From the NCBI GenBank assembly GCA_964534625.1, contig CAZHRF010000012.1, positions 8,501 through 72,500 on the forward strand: a DNA stretch of 64,000 nt, written 5' to 3'. How positions within the stretch are numbered: position 1 is the first letter of the stretch; every line of letters begins with the position of its first letter. Position numbers and translations under genes: made by a program. Below the pieces are notes generated by a model. That model made no database searches. It was given only the letters and a program-made list of their open reading frames with translations, and was not told where the DNA came from. The stretch is from an uncultured archaeon. Its GTDB lineage: Archaea > Asgardarchaeota > Heimdallarchaeia > Heimdallarchaeales > Heimdallarchaeaceae. Below, piece by piece: positions 34,807 to 44,212 of this stretch.

Positions 34807-35592
34807 ATGAATTGGAGTTTAATATTAATTGGTACAGTAGCTTCTTTATTAGCTGGATTAACCACTTCCCTAGGTGCACTTCCAGTATTTTGGAGAAAAG
34901 AAATTAGTGATAAAACATTGGACATTCTATTAGGATTCGCAGCTGGTGTTATGCTTGCTGCATCAAATTTTAGTTTAATAGTTCCAGCTCTCGAATTAGA
35001 GAAAGGAGGCGGAATAGAAATTGTCACCCTAGGTTTCTTAGTTGGAGCTCTTTTTATTCATTTAATGGATAGATGGGCACCACATAAACATTTCCTGAGT
35101 GGGAAAACTGAGGGTATGGTTTCAAAAAAATTAGCAGCAACATGGTTATTTGTAATAGCGATTGCCATACATAATTTTCCTGAAGGGTTGGCAGTTGGAG
35201 TCAGTTTTGGCAGTGGTGAAATGACGACTGGTTTAATTGTTGCTATTGCAATTGGTTTACAAAATATTCCTGAAGGAACAGCTGTAGCAATGCCACTCGT
35301 AAGAGAAAATTATTCTAGGCGTAAAGCTTTTGGGATAGCAACTCTAACGGGTATAGTTGAGCCAATTGGTGCATTAATTGGGGTAACAGCGGTAACACTC
35401 GCTAGTTCAATACTAGGATTTGGGATGTCTTTTGCTGCAGGTGCAATGGTTTTTGTTGTAGTAGATGAAATAATACCAGAACTATATGGAAAAAAGCATG
35501 CAAGACAAGCAACTTTTGGGATAATAATTGGTTTTGCAATTATGATGTTCCTCGATAACTTCATTGAACCGTTTCTAGAAAAATTTTTTTAA
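34807..35592 (+). CDS. ZIP (GufA/ZupT) family divalent metal transporter
   Basis: GFAAGVML, HNFPEG, LQNIPEG, AAGAMVFVVVDEIIPE. Confidence 0.92.
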   Translation: MNWSLILIGTVASLLAGLTTSLGALPVFWRKEISDKTLDILLGFAAGVMLAASNFSLIVPALELEKGGGIEIVTLGFLVGALFIHLMDRWAPHKHFLSGKTEGMVSKKLAATWLFVIAIAIHNFPEGLAVGVSFGSGEMTTGLIVAIAIGLQNIPEGTAVAMPLVRENYSRRKAFGIATLTGIVEPIGALIGVTAVTLASSILGFGMSFAAGAMVFVVVDEIIPELYGKKHARQATFGIIIGFAIMMFLDNFIEPFLEKFF

Positions 35593-35731
35593 AAAATCCA
35601 ATTAATAAAAATTCAAAATGGAGATAAAATCGCTTTTCTTTTTTTGAATGACTATTTTTTTATGTCCCTTTCTTGATTATCTCACAAAAACCAACATCCA
35701 ATGTAAAAAGACAAATGGTTCAAGAGGGAAA

Positions 35732-36589
35732 CTACAATTTAAAACACTTATCCAACTTAACCAACTTAAGAGTAACGTCCCATAAATCTTTTTGAAGGGA
35801 GGGATTATAAGCATTTTTTGAAGCGCAAGTGATTGTATTATTTTGGAAATATCGTCCTGATATTTTATCATAACTAGGATCTTTTAATATTGATACTATT
35901 TCTTCCGCACTAGTTGAAGGTTTTCTCATAAAACAACCAAAGAAAAAATACAATAGTTTTATCCATAAAGCTCTTTTACCAAAATTTGTTTTCATAATTC
36001 CAGGAGCAACAGCATTAATTGTTATGTCTGTATTTCTTAATCGTTCAGCCAATTCGAATGTAAAGAATATATTGGCAAGTTTAGAGTTCGTATATGCTTG
36101 CCAATCAGTAAATTTTTTTTCTCCATGTAAATCGTTAATGTTTATTCTACCCTCTGCATGCTCTTCACACGTGATATTGATTATTTTTGCCTTTTTAGCT
36201 TTTTTTAATTGAGGTATCAATAACAGGGTAAGAAGGAATGGTCCTATATAGTTGGTTGTAAATATTTTTTCAAGTTTTTCTTCGGTATATTCTTTTTTAG
36301 GTATATACATACCCGCATTATTAATCAGAACATCAACTTTATTATATTTACTTTTAAATGATCTTGAAAAATTTTTAATTGAGGATAAAGAGGACAAATC
36401 AATTAACATTAGATGTACATTTTCATTGTTAGTTTTTTTAATAATGTCTTTTCTACCTTCTTCTCCACGTTTTTCATTTCTACACAGCATAATGACCCTT
36501 GCATTGTTACTAGCAAGTTTAAGACAAAGTGCCTTACCTAATCCTGAATTAGCACCAGTAACAATACATGTTTTCTTATCGAGTAGCAA
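35732..36589 (-). CDS. Short-chain dehydrogenase/reductase (retinol dehydrogenase-like)
   Basis: TGANSGLG, INNAG, catalytic YTNSK. Confidence 0.9.
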   Translation of the reverse strand: MLLDKKTCIVTGANSGLGKALCLKLASNNARVIMLCRNEKRGEEGRKDIIKKTNNENVHLMLIDLSSLSSIKNFSRSFKSKYNKVDVLINNAGMYIPKKEYTEEKLEKIFTTNYIGPFLLTLLLIPQLKKAKKAKIINITCEEHAEGRININDLHGEKKFTDWQAYTNSKLANIFFTFELAERLRNTDITINAVAPGIMKTNFGKRALWIKLLYFFFGCFMRKPSTSAEEIVSILKDPSYDKISGRYFQNNTITCASKNAYNPSLQKDLWDVTLKLVKLDKCFKL

Positions 36590-37271
36590 TTCAATTCCAA
36601 CTATAATAGAAAAAATACTAATCTTAATATTTCTTTAGTTTGAGAACAAAACAATCTATTATATGGCATAGAAATAATAAAAAGAATCAGAAATCACAAA
36701 TTTTGAGTTCCTCAGAATTAAAAATACAAAACAGCTATAAATACAAGTTCATAAAGAACGATTTTTTAACTTACATGACAAATATATTAGCTGACACCTA
36801 GAAAATCAAAATATGCCCTTTTAGTGTTGGTGAAATAATGTTTTGTGATACCGCATTTAATAATAATTATTGAATATGAATAAGTGATGTTATAAGAATA
36901 TTGTCTCTATATTCACTTCTCCTAGCCAAAATCAAGAGAAATATAAAATTGTTGATTTTATCTCAAGAGTAATCTTGCACGTCTTTTCTGGTCACTTTTT
37001 GGATACTTTTTGTCAGTAGTTTAATGTAGTGTGACCAGTACTAAGTACATTTTGGTGAAACAAAAGGCTTAGAAAATATAGCTTTATTCAGAGAAAAGGC
37101 CATGTTAGAAGCAGAAGAAGACCAACACAACCAAATTTTAAATCAAAATACAACTAAAATAGACAAAAATAGTAGGATAGCCCCAATTTCTGTTACTACT
37201 GATTAGCATCGTCAATGATCCTTTTTTATTTAGTTTTCATCGGTACGACTTTTTCATTTCTTTATTTGTAC

Positions 37272-37333
37272 CTTCTTAAATATTTAAGAAGATAAAAGGG
37301 TTATAAAGTCCAAGTGAAAAGGATTATAAAGTC
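37272..37333 (+). promoter_or_regulatory. Perfect 20-bp palindrome followed by a duplicated BRE/TATA-like unit upstream of the ketosynthase gene
   Basis: CTTCTTAAATATTTAAGAAG (37272-37291) is its own reverse complement; AAAAGG(G/A)TTATAAAGTC at 37294-37310 and 37317-37333. Confidence 0.6.
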
Positions 37334-37417
37334 TCACTATTATACTCTTCTGCCTTTAAGATACGTTCTTAGAACTATCTTAGTGGAAGAAACTAGTGTG
37401 AATTTAGGCGAGTACAA

Positions 37418-39082
37418 GTGACAGAGAATCAATTTATTAAAATAAGTATCACTGGAGTAGGTATTGGTTTACCAGGTAGAGAGCGGAATGTGTTTAGTGA
37501 TGACAATTTTGATGCTATTTTTTCTGGTAAGAATTTAATTGACAAAATACCTTCAAATCTCTTGAAATCCATTGCAGATAAAAATATCTACCAGGTCAAG
37601 AAAAACAATGGAGCCAGATATAAAGATTTTTTGACTAAAGAATCTCAACTTATTAAATTAGCAGCTCAACTTGGAAAGTTTGATTTACATGAACATTATG
37701 GTATAAATAAGTCTCTTCTAGAGGTGTTAGACAATTCATTTAAAATTGCTATTGGTGCGGGATATGAAGCGTTGAGAGATGCAAAAATTCCTCTCATACC
37801 TCAACATGAAGTATCTAATAATGGAAATAAAATAATATCAGGATGGATCTTACCAAAGGATTTTCAAGACAGTACAGGAATTATTTTTGGTTCTGCATTT
37901 CCTGCATTTACTAATTTAATTCAGGAAGTCACACAGTACGTAAAAACAAAAACTCAGAATGAAATCATTAAAAAACAACAAACACTACTTAACAAAATTA
38001 AAAACATTATTCCTGATCCTCAACAAAGAAAAAAAATTGAACAAATATTTACAGAAGAACTTTCAGAATATACTAGAAGTGAGTATGAATTTAATCGTAA
38101 ATTTCTGTTGAAAGTACTTTTATTAGCCAACTCTCAATTTGCTCAACTAATCCAAGCTAGAGGCCCAAATACCCATGTTAATGTTGCTTGTACATCCACT
38201 ACTCAAGCTATTGCAATTGCTGAAGATTGGATAAAAATGGGGCGGTGTGAAAGAGTTATTATTATTGGTGGCGATGATCCAACTAATGAACATACTTTAG
38301 AATGGATAGGGTCGGGTTTCTTATCTTTAGGTGCAGCAACAACGGAATATGAGGTAGAAAAGGCAGCTTTACCATTTGACAAAAAAAGGGACGGATTGAT
38401 CCTTGGGGCGGGTTCTATCGCGTTTGTGGTTGAAAAACAACATAATGCCATAAGAAGAGGTGTTGAACCTATAGTTTACGTACTTGGGACACGTTTACTA
38501 AATTCAGCATATCATGGTACACGAATGAAAAAAGAGCATCTTAAAAAAGAAATGGAGCATTTCATAGCGGAGATCGAAAATAGATATCAACTAGACAGAT
38601 CTACAATAGCTGATTCTCTTTTATATATAGCACATGAAACATATACACCAAAGAAAGGATGTGCAACAGAGGCAGAATTAGGAACACTATCAACTACATT
38701 TAAAGAACATACAAACAAAATACTCATCTCTAATACGAAAGGTATGACAGGACATATGATGGGTGTGTGCTTAGAAGATGCAATGGCAGTGAAAGCTTTA
38801 CAACTAGGAAAAATACCGCCAGTGGTGAACCTCACAGAAATAGAAGAAAAATACAAAGATTTGAATTTTTCACAAGGTGAAGAAAAACAATTACAATATG
38901 CACTAAGATTAGCTGCGGGTTTTGGTTCACAAGCTTCATTCGTTCTTTTTAAAGCGAATGAAAAGAAACAAAGAATAAATAAGGCGAAATATGCCCAGTG
39001 GTTACAAGAGTTAGGAGGAAACGAAAGCGAACTATTTATTGATGGGCGAGTGCTTAAAATAAAAACAAAACCCCATAAATGA
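37418..39082 (+). CDS. Stand-alone beta-ketoacyl synthase (type I PKS/FAS-like KS domain)
   Basis: Catalytic triad Cys (NVACTSTT), His (AHETYT), His (KGMTGHMMG); GLILGAG; AAGFGSQ. Confidence 0.85.
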   Translation: MTENQFIKISITGVGIGLPGRERNVFSDDNFDAIFSGKNLIDKIPSNLLKSIADKNIYQVKKNNGARYKDFLTKESQLIKLAAQLGKFDLHEHYGINKSLLEVLDNSFKIAIGAGYEALRDAKIPLIPQHEVSNNGNKIISGWILPKDFQDSTGIIFGSAFPAFTNLIQEVTQYVKTKTQNEIIKKQQTLLNKIKNIIPDPQQRKKIEQIFTEELSEYTRSEYEFNRKFLLKVLLLANSQFAQLIQARGPNTHVNVACTSTTQAIAIAEDWIKMGRCERVIIIGGDDPTNEHTLEWIGSGFLSLGAATTEYEVEKAALPFDKKRDGLILGAGSIAFVVEKQHNAIRRGVEPIVYVLGTRLLNSAYHGTRMKKEHLKKEMEHFIAEIENRYQLDRSTIADSLLYIAHETYTPKKGCATEAELGTLSTTFKEHTNKILISNTKGMTGHMMGVCLEDAMAVKALQLGKIPPVVNLTEIEEKYKDLNFSQGEEKQLQYALRLAAGFGSQASFVLFKANEKKQRINKAKYAQWLQELGGNESELFIDGRVLKIKTKPHK

Positions 39083-39245
39083 ATATTAAAAAAAAAATCA
39101 TGAACTTCAAAGTTCATCTCAGTGAACATTTTTTACGCTGTTTTAATCATGCTTAGCTGTCATATATTTCTCACGTAAGATGAACTCTAAGGTCTATGAA
39201 AAAAATAAAATTACTTTAAAAAAATAGCAAGTGAAGAAGTGCTTG

Positions 39246-41192
39246 TTAAACACCAAATGATTTATCAGCCATCTCTTCAAGCTTTAACCTTGTTTTAGCA
39301 TTAATCATTTGGCTCAACCTAATCGAAGTTAATAAATCATTCCAAAGACTTGAACTAGCTATATCGTTAGCAAAATCATCTAGTTTTTTACTAGCGCTAT
39401 ATGAAGAGCCTGTAAAAACATAACAAAATAGCAAAGGTTCAATGTTTTTAAAAAGCAGCAAATAATCTTGATGCTCAATTCTTTTTATCACTCCATCAGT
39501 TGAAAAAACCTCTCTTAAGATATTATTTATGGCTGATAAGAACCCTGTTATTAACAAATCATCTATCTTTTGTGAGCTTCTATTTTCAAATTGTAACGAA
39601 AATTTGGGAATGCCATTAATATCTAGAATTAATAGCATTACGGGATCATCTTTTTCAATGGTTTCTAACTCAAAAGTTGCCCTTGTGATCATGTTATACA
39701 CTAAATTATCAACTTGGGATGCGTCTATTCTTTCTTTTAGACTAGTATTCTCTTTTATCAACTCCTTCCAGTTTTTCAATTGTCGCAATAATTGATCATG
39801 TTCATCTGAAATCTTTTGTGCTAAATTTTCCAATTTTTGCTCCTCAGCAATTGATTGAGCATTATATAATAAGTCTCGTGCTCGACTTACGTTGCCTTTT
39901 ACTAACGATAATCTGGCTTTTAACCATAGTGTTTCAGCGAGTAAAGAACTAGATAATTGTCCTTCAGCTATTTTTTGTAATTTGTTTATTACTACACTCA
40001 ATTCATTTAAGATCATTTGGTCTTCGGTTATTCTTAATTCATAAAGAAGAATTTCAGAGAGGTTCAACATCGCATGAATATTTATTTCATTATACACGCT
40101 ATTCTCTTTGATTATGGTTTCCAATATTTCTTGCGCTTTACCTAATGTTTTAAGTCGTTTAGTAGCCTTTAGAATTATCGATTGAGAGAGTAAAGTATAA
40201 TAAAAAATCATAGTACCTTTTTTGCTTGCACTCACTTTTTCAGACAGTTCTAGATATTTTTTGGCTTCGTCAATTTCATCTCGAATTAGATGAATACTTA
40301 TTAGGTAATAAATGCTTTCTGCCATTATATATCTGAAATTAATTTGTTTAGCGTAATCTAAGCTTTTTTCGAAATAATCATAACTCAAGTTAAGACTGTT
40401 TTTGCTATAATGAACGATACCCACGTTATTGTATGTCACAGCTATTCCATATAAGTTTCCTAGTTGTTGATATATCATAAGGGCATCATTATAATGCTGG
40501 AGAGCTTTACCAAATAACCCTTGTAATCTATAAATCTCTCCTAAAGAAGATCCATATCTGGAAAGTACAAGAATGTTACCTGTTTTTTGGCCTAATTTAT
40601 AGCTTAGATTTAAGGTTTTTACAGCATTTTGTAAATCGCCTTTATACATCTCTATCCTTGCTTTCATAAACAATGCATAAGAAAGCAAATTCTCATCAGT
40701 ATCTTTTTCAAGTAAATTAAGACAAGAGTTAATGATAGTCGTAGCCTTTGTTAAATCTAAATAGGAATAGATTGAGCTTTTATTGAGTAATATTTTACTT
40801 TTTATTTTTGAGTAATCTGGTGCATTAATTGACAACTCTTCCATTTCTTTTTCTACATCAGCTAATAAAACTAAGCTCTCTTCTATCCGCCCTAGGTGCC
40901 ACAAATTTTCAATTAGGATATTTCTCAATTGTAGTTTTTGCGAAAGATGTAAAATATCCTTTCCAAGCACTAACGCACTGTTTGCAAAGTATATGCTTTT
41001 TTCAAAAAAACCCAAGTTAACGAGGATTTTAGATTTATAATAAAAACACTCAATTCTATCTTCTTTTGTTGAATTAGAACAATTGAGCAACTCATCTAGT
41101 ATAGACAAAGCTTCATTATATTTAAAATCTGCCATTAATTTTCTTATTTGCTTATTTTTCGTATTACGTATGAACAGTTTCCACCTCTTCAA
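39246..41192 (-). CDS. TPR repeat protein with C-terminal longin/roadblock-like domain
   Basis: MalT-like TPRs (GIAVTYNNVGIVH); C-terminal LLILDINGIP...LITGFLSAINNIL...LFCYVF. Confidence 0.75.
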   Translation of the reverse strand: MKRWKLFIRNTKNKQIRKLMADFKYNEALSILDELLNCSNSTKEDRIECFYYKSKILVNLGFFEKSIYFANSALVLGKDILHLSQKLQLRNILIENLWHLGRIEESLVLLADVEKEMEELSINAPDYSKIKSKILLNKSSIYSYLDLTKATTIINSCLNLLEKDTDENLLSYALFMKARIEMYKGDLQNAVKTLNLSYKLGQKTGNILVLSRYGSSLGEIYRLQGLFGKALQHYNDALMIYQQLGNLYGIAVTYNNVGIVHYSKNSLNLSYDYFEKSLDYAKQINFRYIMAESIYYLISIHLIRDEIDEAKKYLELSEKVSASKKGTMIFYYTLLSQSIILKATKRLKTLGKAQEILETIIKENSVYNEINIHAMLNLSEILLYELRITEDQMILNELSVVINKLQKIAEGQLSSSLLAETLWLKARLSLVKGNVSRARDLLYNAQSIAEEQKLENLAQKISDEHDQLLRQLKNWKELIKENTSLKERIDASQVDNLVYNMITRATFELETIEKDDPVMLLILDINGIPKFSLQFENRSSQKIDDLLITGFLSAINNILREVFSTDGVIKRIEHQDYLLLFKNIEPLLFCYVFTGSSYSASKKLDDFANDIASSSLWNDLLTSIRLSQMINAKTRLKLEEMADKSFGV

Positions 41193-41260
41193 CGAGATAA
41201 TATTATAAAATCAGTTACCCATATAAATGATTCTAAATTCTTGAATTGGTTTCACATTAA

Positions 41261-41613
41261 TCTTCTAAGAACCCTAAAACAGCACTTTCGCCCTATGGGT
41301 CATCTACGACCCATGTCGGGTGTGGAGGAAAGATTCAACGTTCTCAAGGACAGTACGATAGTGCCCCCTGTAAAAAATGCTCTAAACGGGTGAATACCCA
41401 CTATAATGCGGCCTTGTGGTTAGAAGCCCAATACCTTTGCCAGCACGCTTCCAACAAAAACCTCACCTCCCGTTCACCTTCCATCCTTCCATTACTAGGT
41501 CTCTCCCATCCTCCAACAACATAATGTTCACTTTCCCCTGTTCGCTCCCCAGGGGTCCGATTTGTGGAAAATACAACTTTTCACAAGTTCATAGGGATGC
41601 GCATGCACTTCAC
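41261..41613 (+). mobile_element. tnpB: Non-autonomous IS200/IS605- or IS607-type remnant: 3' end of tnpB (Zn ribbon plus RuvC-III) and structured right end
   Basis: Open frame 41261-41524 without ATG reads SPYGSSTTHVGCGG...PCKKCSKRVNTHYNAALWL; GC content visibly above the flanks; hairpins at 41535-41555 and 41562-41586. Confidence 0.65.
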
Positions 41614-41697
41614 TCTCGTAAAAAGAATACTTTACATTTGTTTTTTTCCGATTGATTTTTACTAAATTTGAGTATAATTTGTTGAATATGTTATGTT

Positions 41698-42594
41698 TCA
41701 ATCTTTTTGTAATTTTGCGTAATGTAACAAAGGTTCTCCTTTAAAGGTAAATTTTTCTGGAACTATGCTTATCACTCTTGAATCTTCCGGAATAAATAAC
41801 TCAATTTCATTATTCATCATACCAAATATATCACTCTTTTTTGCAAATTTTCCTGATGATGTTAAAGGTGAAAAAAACCCAGTACTTGGACTATTAATCT
41901 GTTCAATTTCGTGTACAAATTGTACTGATTTGTTACTTTTTCCTTGAATACTTTCTTTGCTAATTATTTGTAACTCTTTAAGTCCAAATAAAATCGTTTC
42001 TTGTACCTCTTTCACTACATATAACGGACAATAACCTGATGGACCACCCCCCTCTATCTCAATAATAAAACCGGGGATATTTTTATTAGAGCATTCAATA
42101 AACAATTGTCCTTTCGTGCCATGTGATTGTACACAAACATCTAAAGGAAAATTGTTCACAAAAGCTTTTGAATGTGAATGATTTTTATGTAAAGCGAGAC
42201 CATAAGTTGAACCATCACGACCGCAACAATGCAAATCTATAACATAATCAACATTTTTAGCTATATTCCATACTTCAAAAGCTATTCTTTCAGTAATAGT
42301 TCCGTCTTCCTTACCTGGGAAAACGCGGTTCATATCTTTCTTGTCAATAGACCCACGCTCTCTTGACATAAAAGCTAGTGGGTTTACTATTGGTATAACT
42401 TGCACAGAACCACTAATATTCATTTCTTCAAATAATCGAATAAGATTAAATGCAATATAGATAGATGTGGGTTCGTCACCATGTATTCCTGCAGTAATCA
42501 GGATTTTTGGGTTTCCTTCTCCAAAAGACCAAACTTTTGGCTTTACAGAGGTACTTTCTGTTAATATCCTTTTAAGCAGTTTAATATTCTTCAC
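41698..42594 (-). CDS. Succinylglutamate desuccinylase/aspartoacylase family (M14-like) protein
   Basis: AGIHGDE, DMNRVFPG, IDLH, IEIEGG. Confidence 0.88.
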   Translation of the reverse strand: MKNIKLLKRILTESTSVKPKVWSFGEGNPKILITAGIHGDEPTSIYIAFNLIRLFEEMNISGSVQVIPIVNPLAFMSRERGSIDKKDMNRVFPGKEDGTITERIAFEVWNIAKNVDYVIDLHCCGRDGSTYGLALHKNHSHSKAFVNNFPLDVCVQSHGTKGQLFIECSNKNIPGFIIEIEGGGPSGYCPLYVVKEVQETILFGLKELQIISKESIQGKSNKSVQFVHEIEQINSPSTGFFSPLTSSGKFAKKSDIFGMMNNEIELFIPEDSRVISIVPEKFTFKGEPLLHYAKLQKD

Positions 42595-42856
42595 AATTAT
42601 TTTAGCAATAATATCGGTTTATATGTGTTTCTAGTTAAAGACATTCATCAATGTGATGGTTTGTTTCACCTTGATACATTCAGTCCTTTGCACATGTTTC
42701 ATGTTCTTCTAGTTTTTTATTACTTTTTCCTTTTTCTTAAACTCTTTTTGTAAAAATCTTACTACTAATCTAGTCTAGATTATTTTTATCAACATTGACA
42801 CGTATCTAAAAATATATTAAAAGAGAGATAATAGTATAATCGAAGGTAGTATTTAT

Positions 42857-43933
42857 TTGTCATATGAAAACTTTGATACAACAGATGTAATAAATGCTTT
42901 AGGAAAGCTTGGGGAAAAGATGGGCGAACAGCAAACTCAAATTGCCATTCTTTGGGATATTGAAAATGTTTTACCTAGTGCTGATTCTCTTTTCATTGAA
43001 GGACTTTTAGATTATGCCAATAACCTCGGACGTGTATCCGTTGCTAAATGTTTTGCTGATTGGTCTAAGCGTAATGTTGCTAAATTAGCTCCTCATTTAA
43101 GTTATAACAATTTCGAACTAATTCATATCCCCAAAAGCCGTAAGAACTCAGCTGACATGGTACTAATAACACATGGACTTGAACTAGCAATAAAATACCC
43201 CCATATAGGCCTTTTCATTATATTAACTGGTGATGCTGATTTCAGACCACTAATTACTTCATTTAAACGCAATGGAAAATATATCTACATTATTTGTGAT
43301 CGAAAAACTGCATCCGAAGAATTACTTACGCTTGCTGATAATTTTACTGACTATAGGAGTCTATTGCCTGCAAGTGACTCATTCGAGACAGAAGTTTCTA
43401 TTTCAATGAAACAAAGGCATAAAAAACAACAAGAACCAAGAAAACAAGACTTAGAACTAGCATATGATTTGTTAGAAGAAGCAATCGAGAAAATGGAAAG
43501 CGAAGATAAAAAACCGGGAATAGGGATCATTAAAGTTAAGATTAAATTAATGAATCCTGATTTTGATGAAAAAAGCTATGGTTTTGATAGTTGGACTGAA
43601 TTTGTAGACAGTGCCATTAAAGAAAGAAATATTTCTGTAAGAGGTAAAGGTGCAGAAAGAATTTTAAGTATTGAACAAAAAACAACAAAAAGAAAAGGAC
43701 TCACTCATCTCTTTAAAAAACTTACAGAAACCTTAAAAGAAATGGATCAAGGGAGTAGAAAACAATATCATAGATATGCTGATGTTGGAAATAAATTATA
43801 TGAGAAAATATCAGTTCAAGAATTGAAAAATAATGGTTTCAAACAATTCAAATCGTTTATACAATCTGCAGAAGCTAGATCCTTAGTTGAAACTAAAGTA
43901 GAAGATTATATAAATTTCGTGAAACGTGCTTAA
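42857..43933 (+). CDS. NYN domain ribonuclease with two LOTUS/OST-HTH domains
   Basis: ILWDIENV, KNSADM, LTGDADF, ADNF; LOTUS-like PDFDEKSYGFDSWTEFV and KNNGFKQFKSFIQ. Confidence 0.85.
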   Translation: MSYENFDTTDVINALGKLGEKMGEQQTQIAILWDIENVLPSADSLFIEGLLDYANNLGRVSVAKCFADWSKRNVAKLAPHLSYNNFELIHIPKSRKNSADMVLITHGLELAIKYPHIGLFIILTGDADFRPLITSFKRNGKYIYIICDRKTASEELLTLADNFTDYRSLLPASDSFETEVSISMKQRHKKQQEPRKQDLELAYDLLEEAIEKMESEDKKPGIGIIKVKIKLMNPDFDEKSYGFDSWTEFVDSAIKERNISVRGKGAERILSIEQKTTKRKGLTHLFKKLTETLKEMDQGSRKQYHRYADVGNKLYEKISVQELKNNGFKQFKSFIQSAEARSLVETKVEDYINFVKRA

Positions 43934-44212
43934 GCACATATAAATAAATAAAATTCAGCTAAGCTCTACAAATGTTTTTTCAATAAGAGATAAGAGATAA
44001 TTGCTTACAACTTTCCCTCTTAAAGTTTTATAGTGTTATTATCATAAAATATGGCTTAGAAGGAGTTAAGTTATCTAGAAAGATTCCATCACAAAGTTTG
44101 AAGGTCTTTATCATAATAATTTAGAAATGTATAGGATAGGCATTAAATCTTGTAAGAATACAGGATCATAATGACAAAAATAGAAAAATAAAAAAAAGGA
44201 AAAAAGGAATGT

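Noticed and set aside
41320-41340. GAGGAAAG resembling the RNase P RNA P4 motif
   Set aside because: It is not followed by UCC, no matching 3' P4 strand was found, and the segment translates as a TnpB Zn ribbon
41148-41655. ORF-track entries 41148..41393 and 41416..41655
   Set aside because: These are alternative frames over the TnpB remnant with no recognisable motifs
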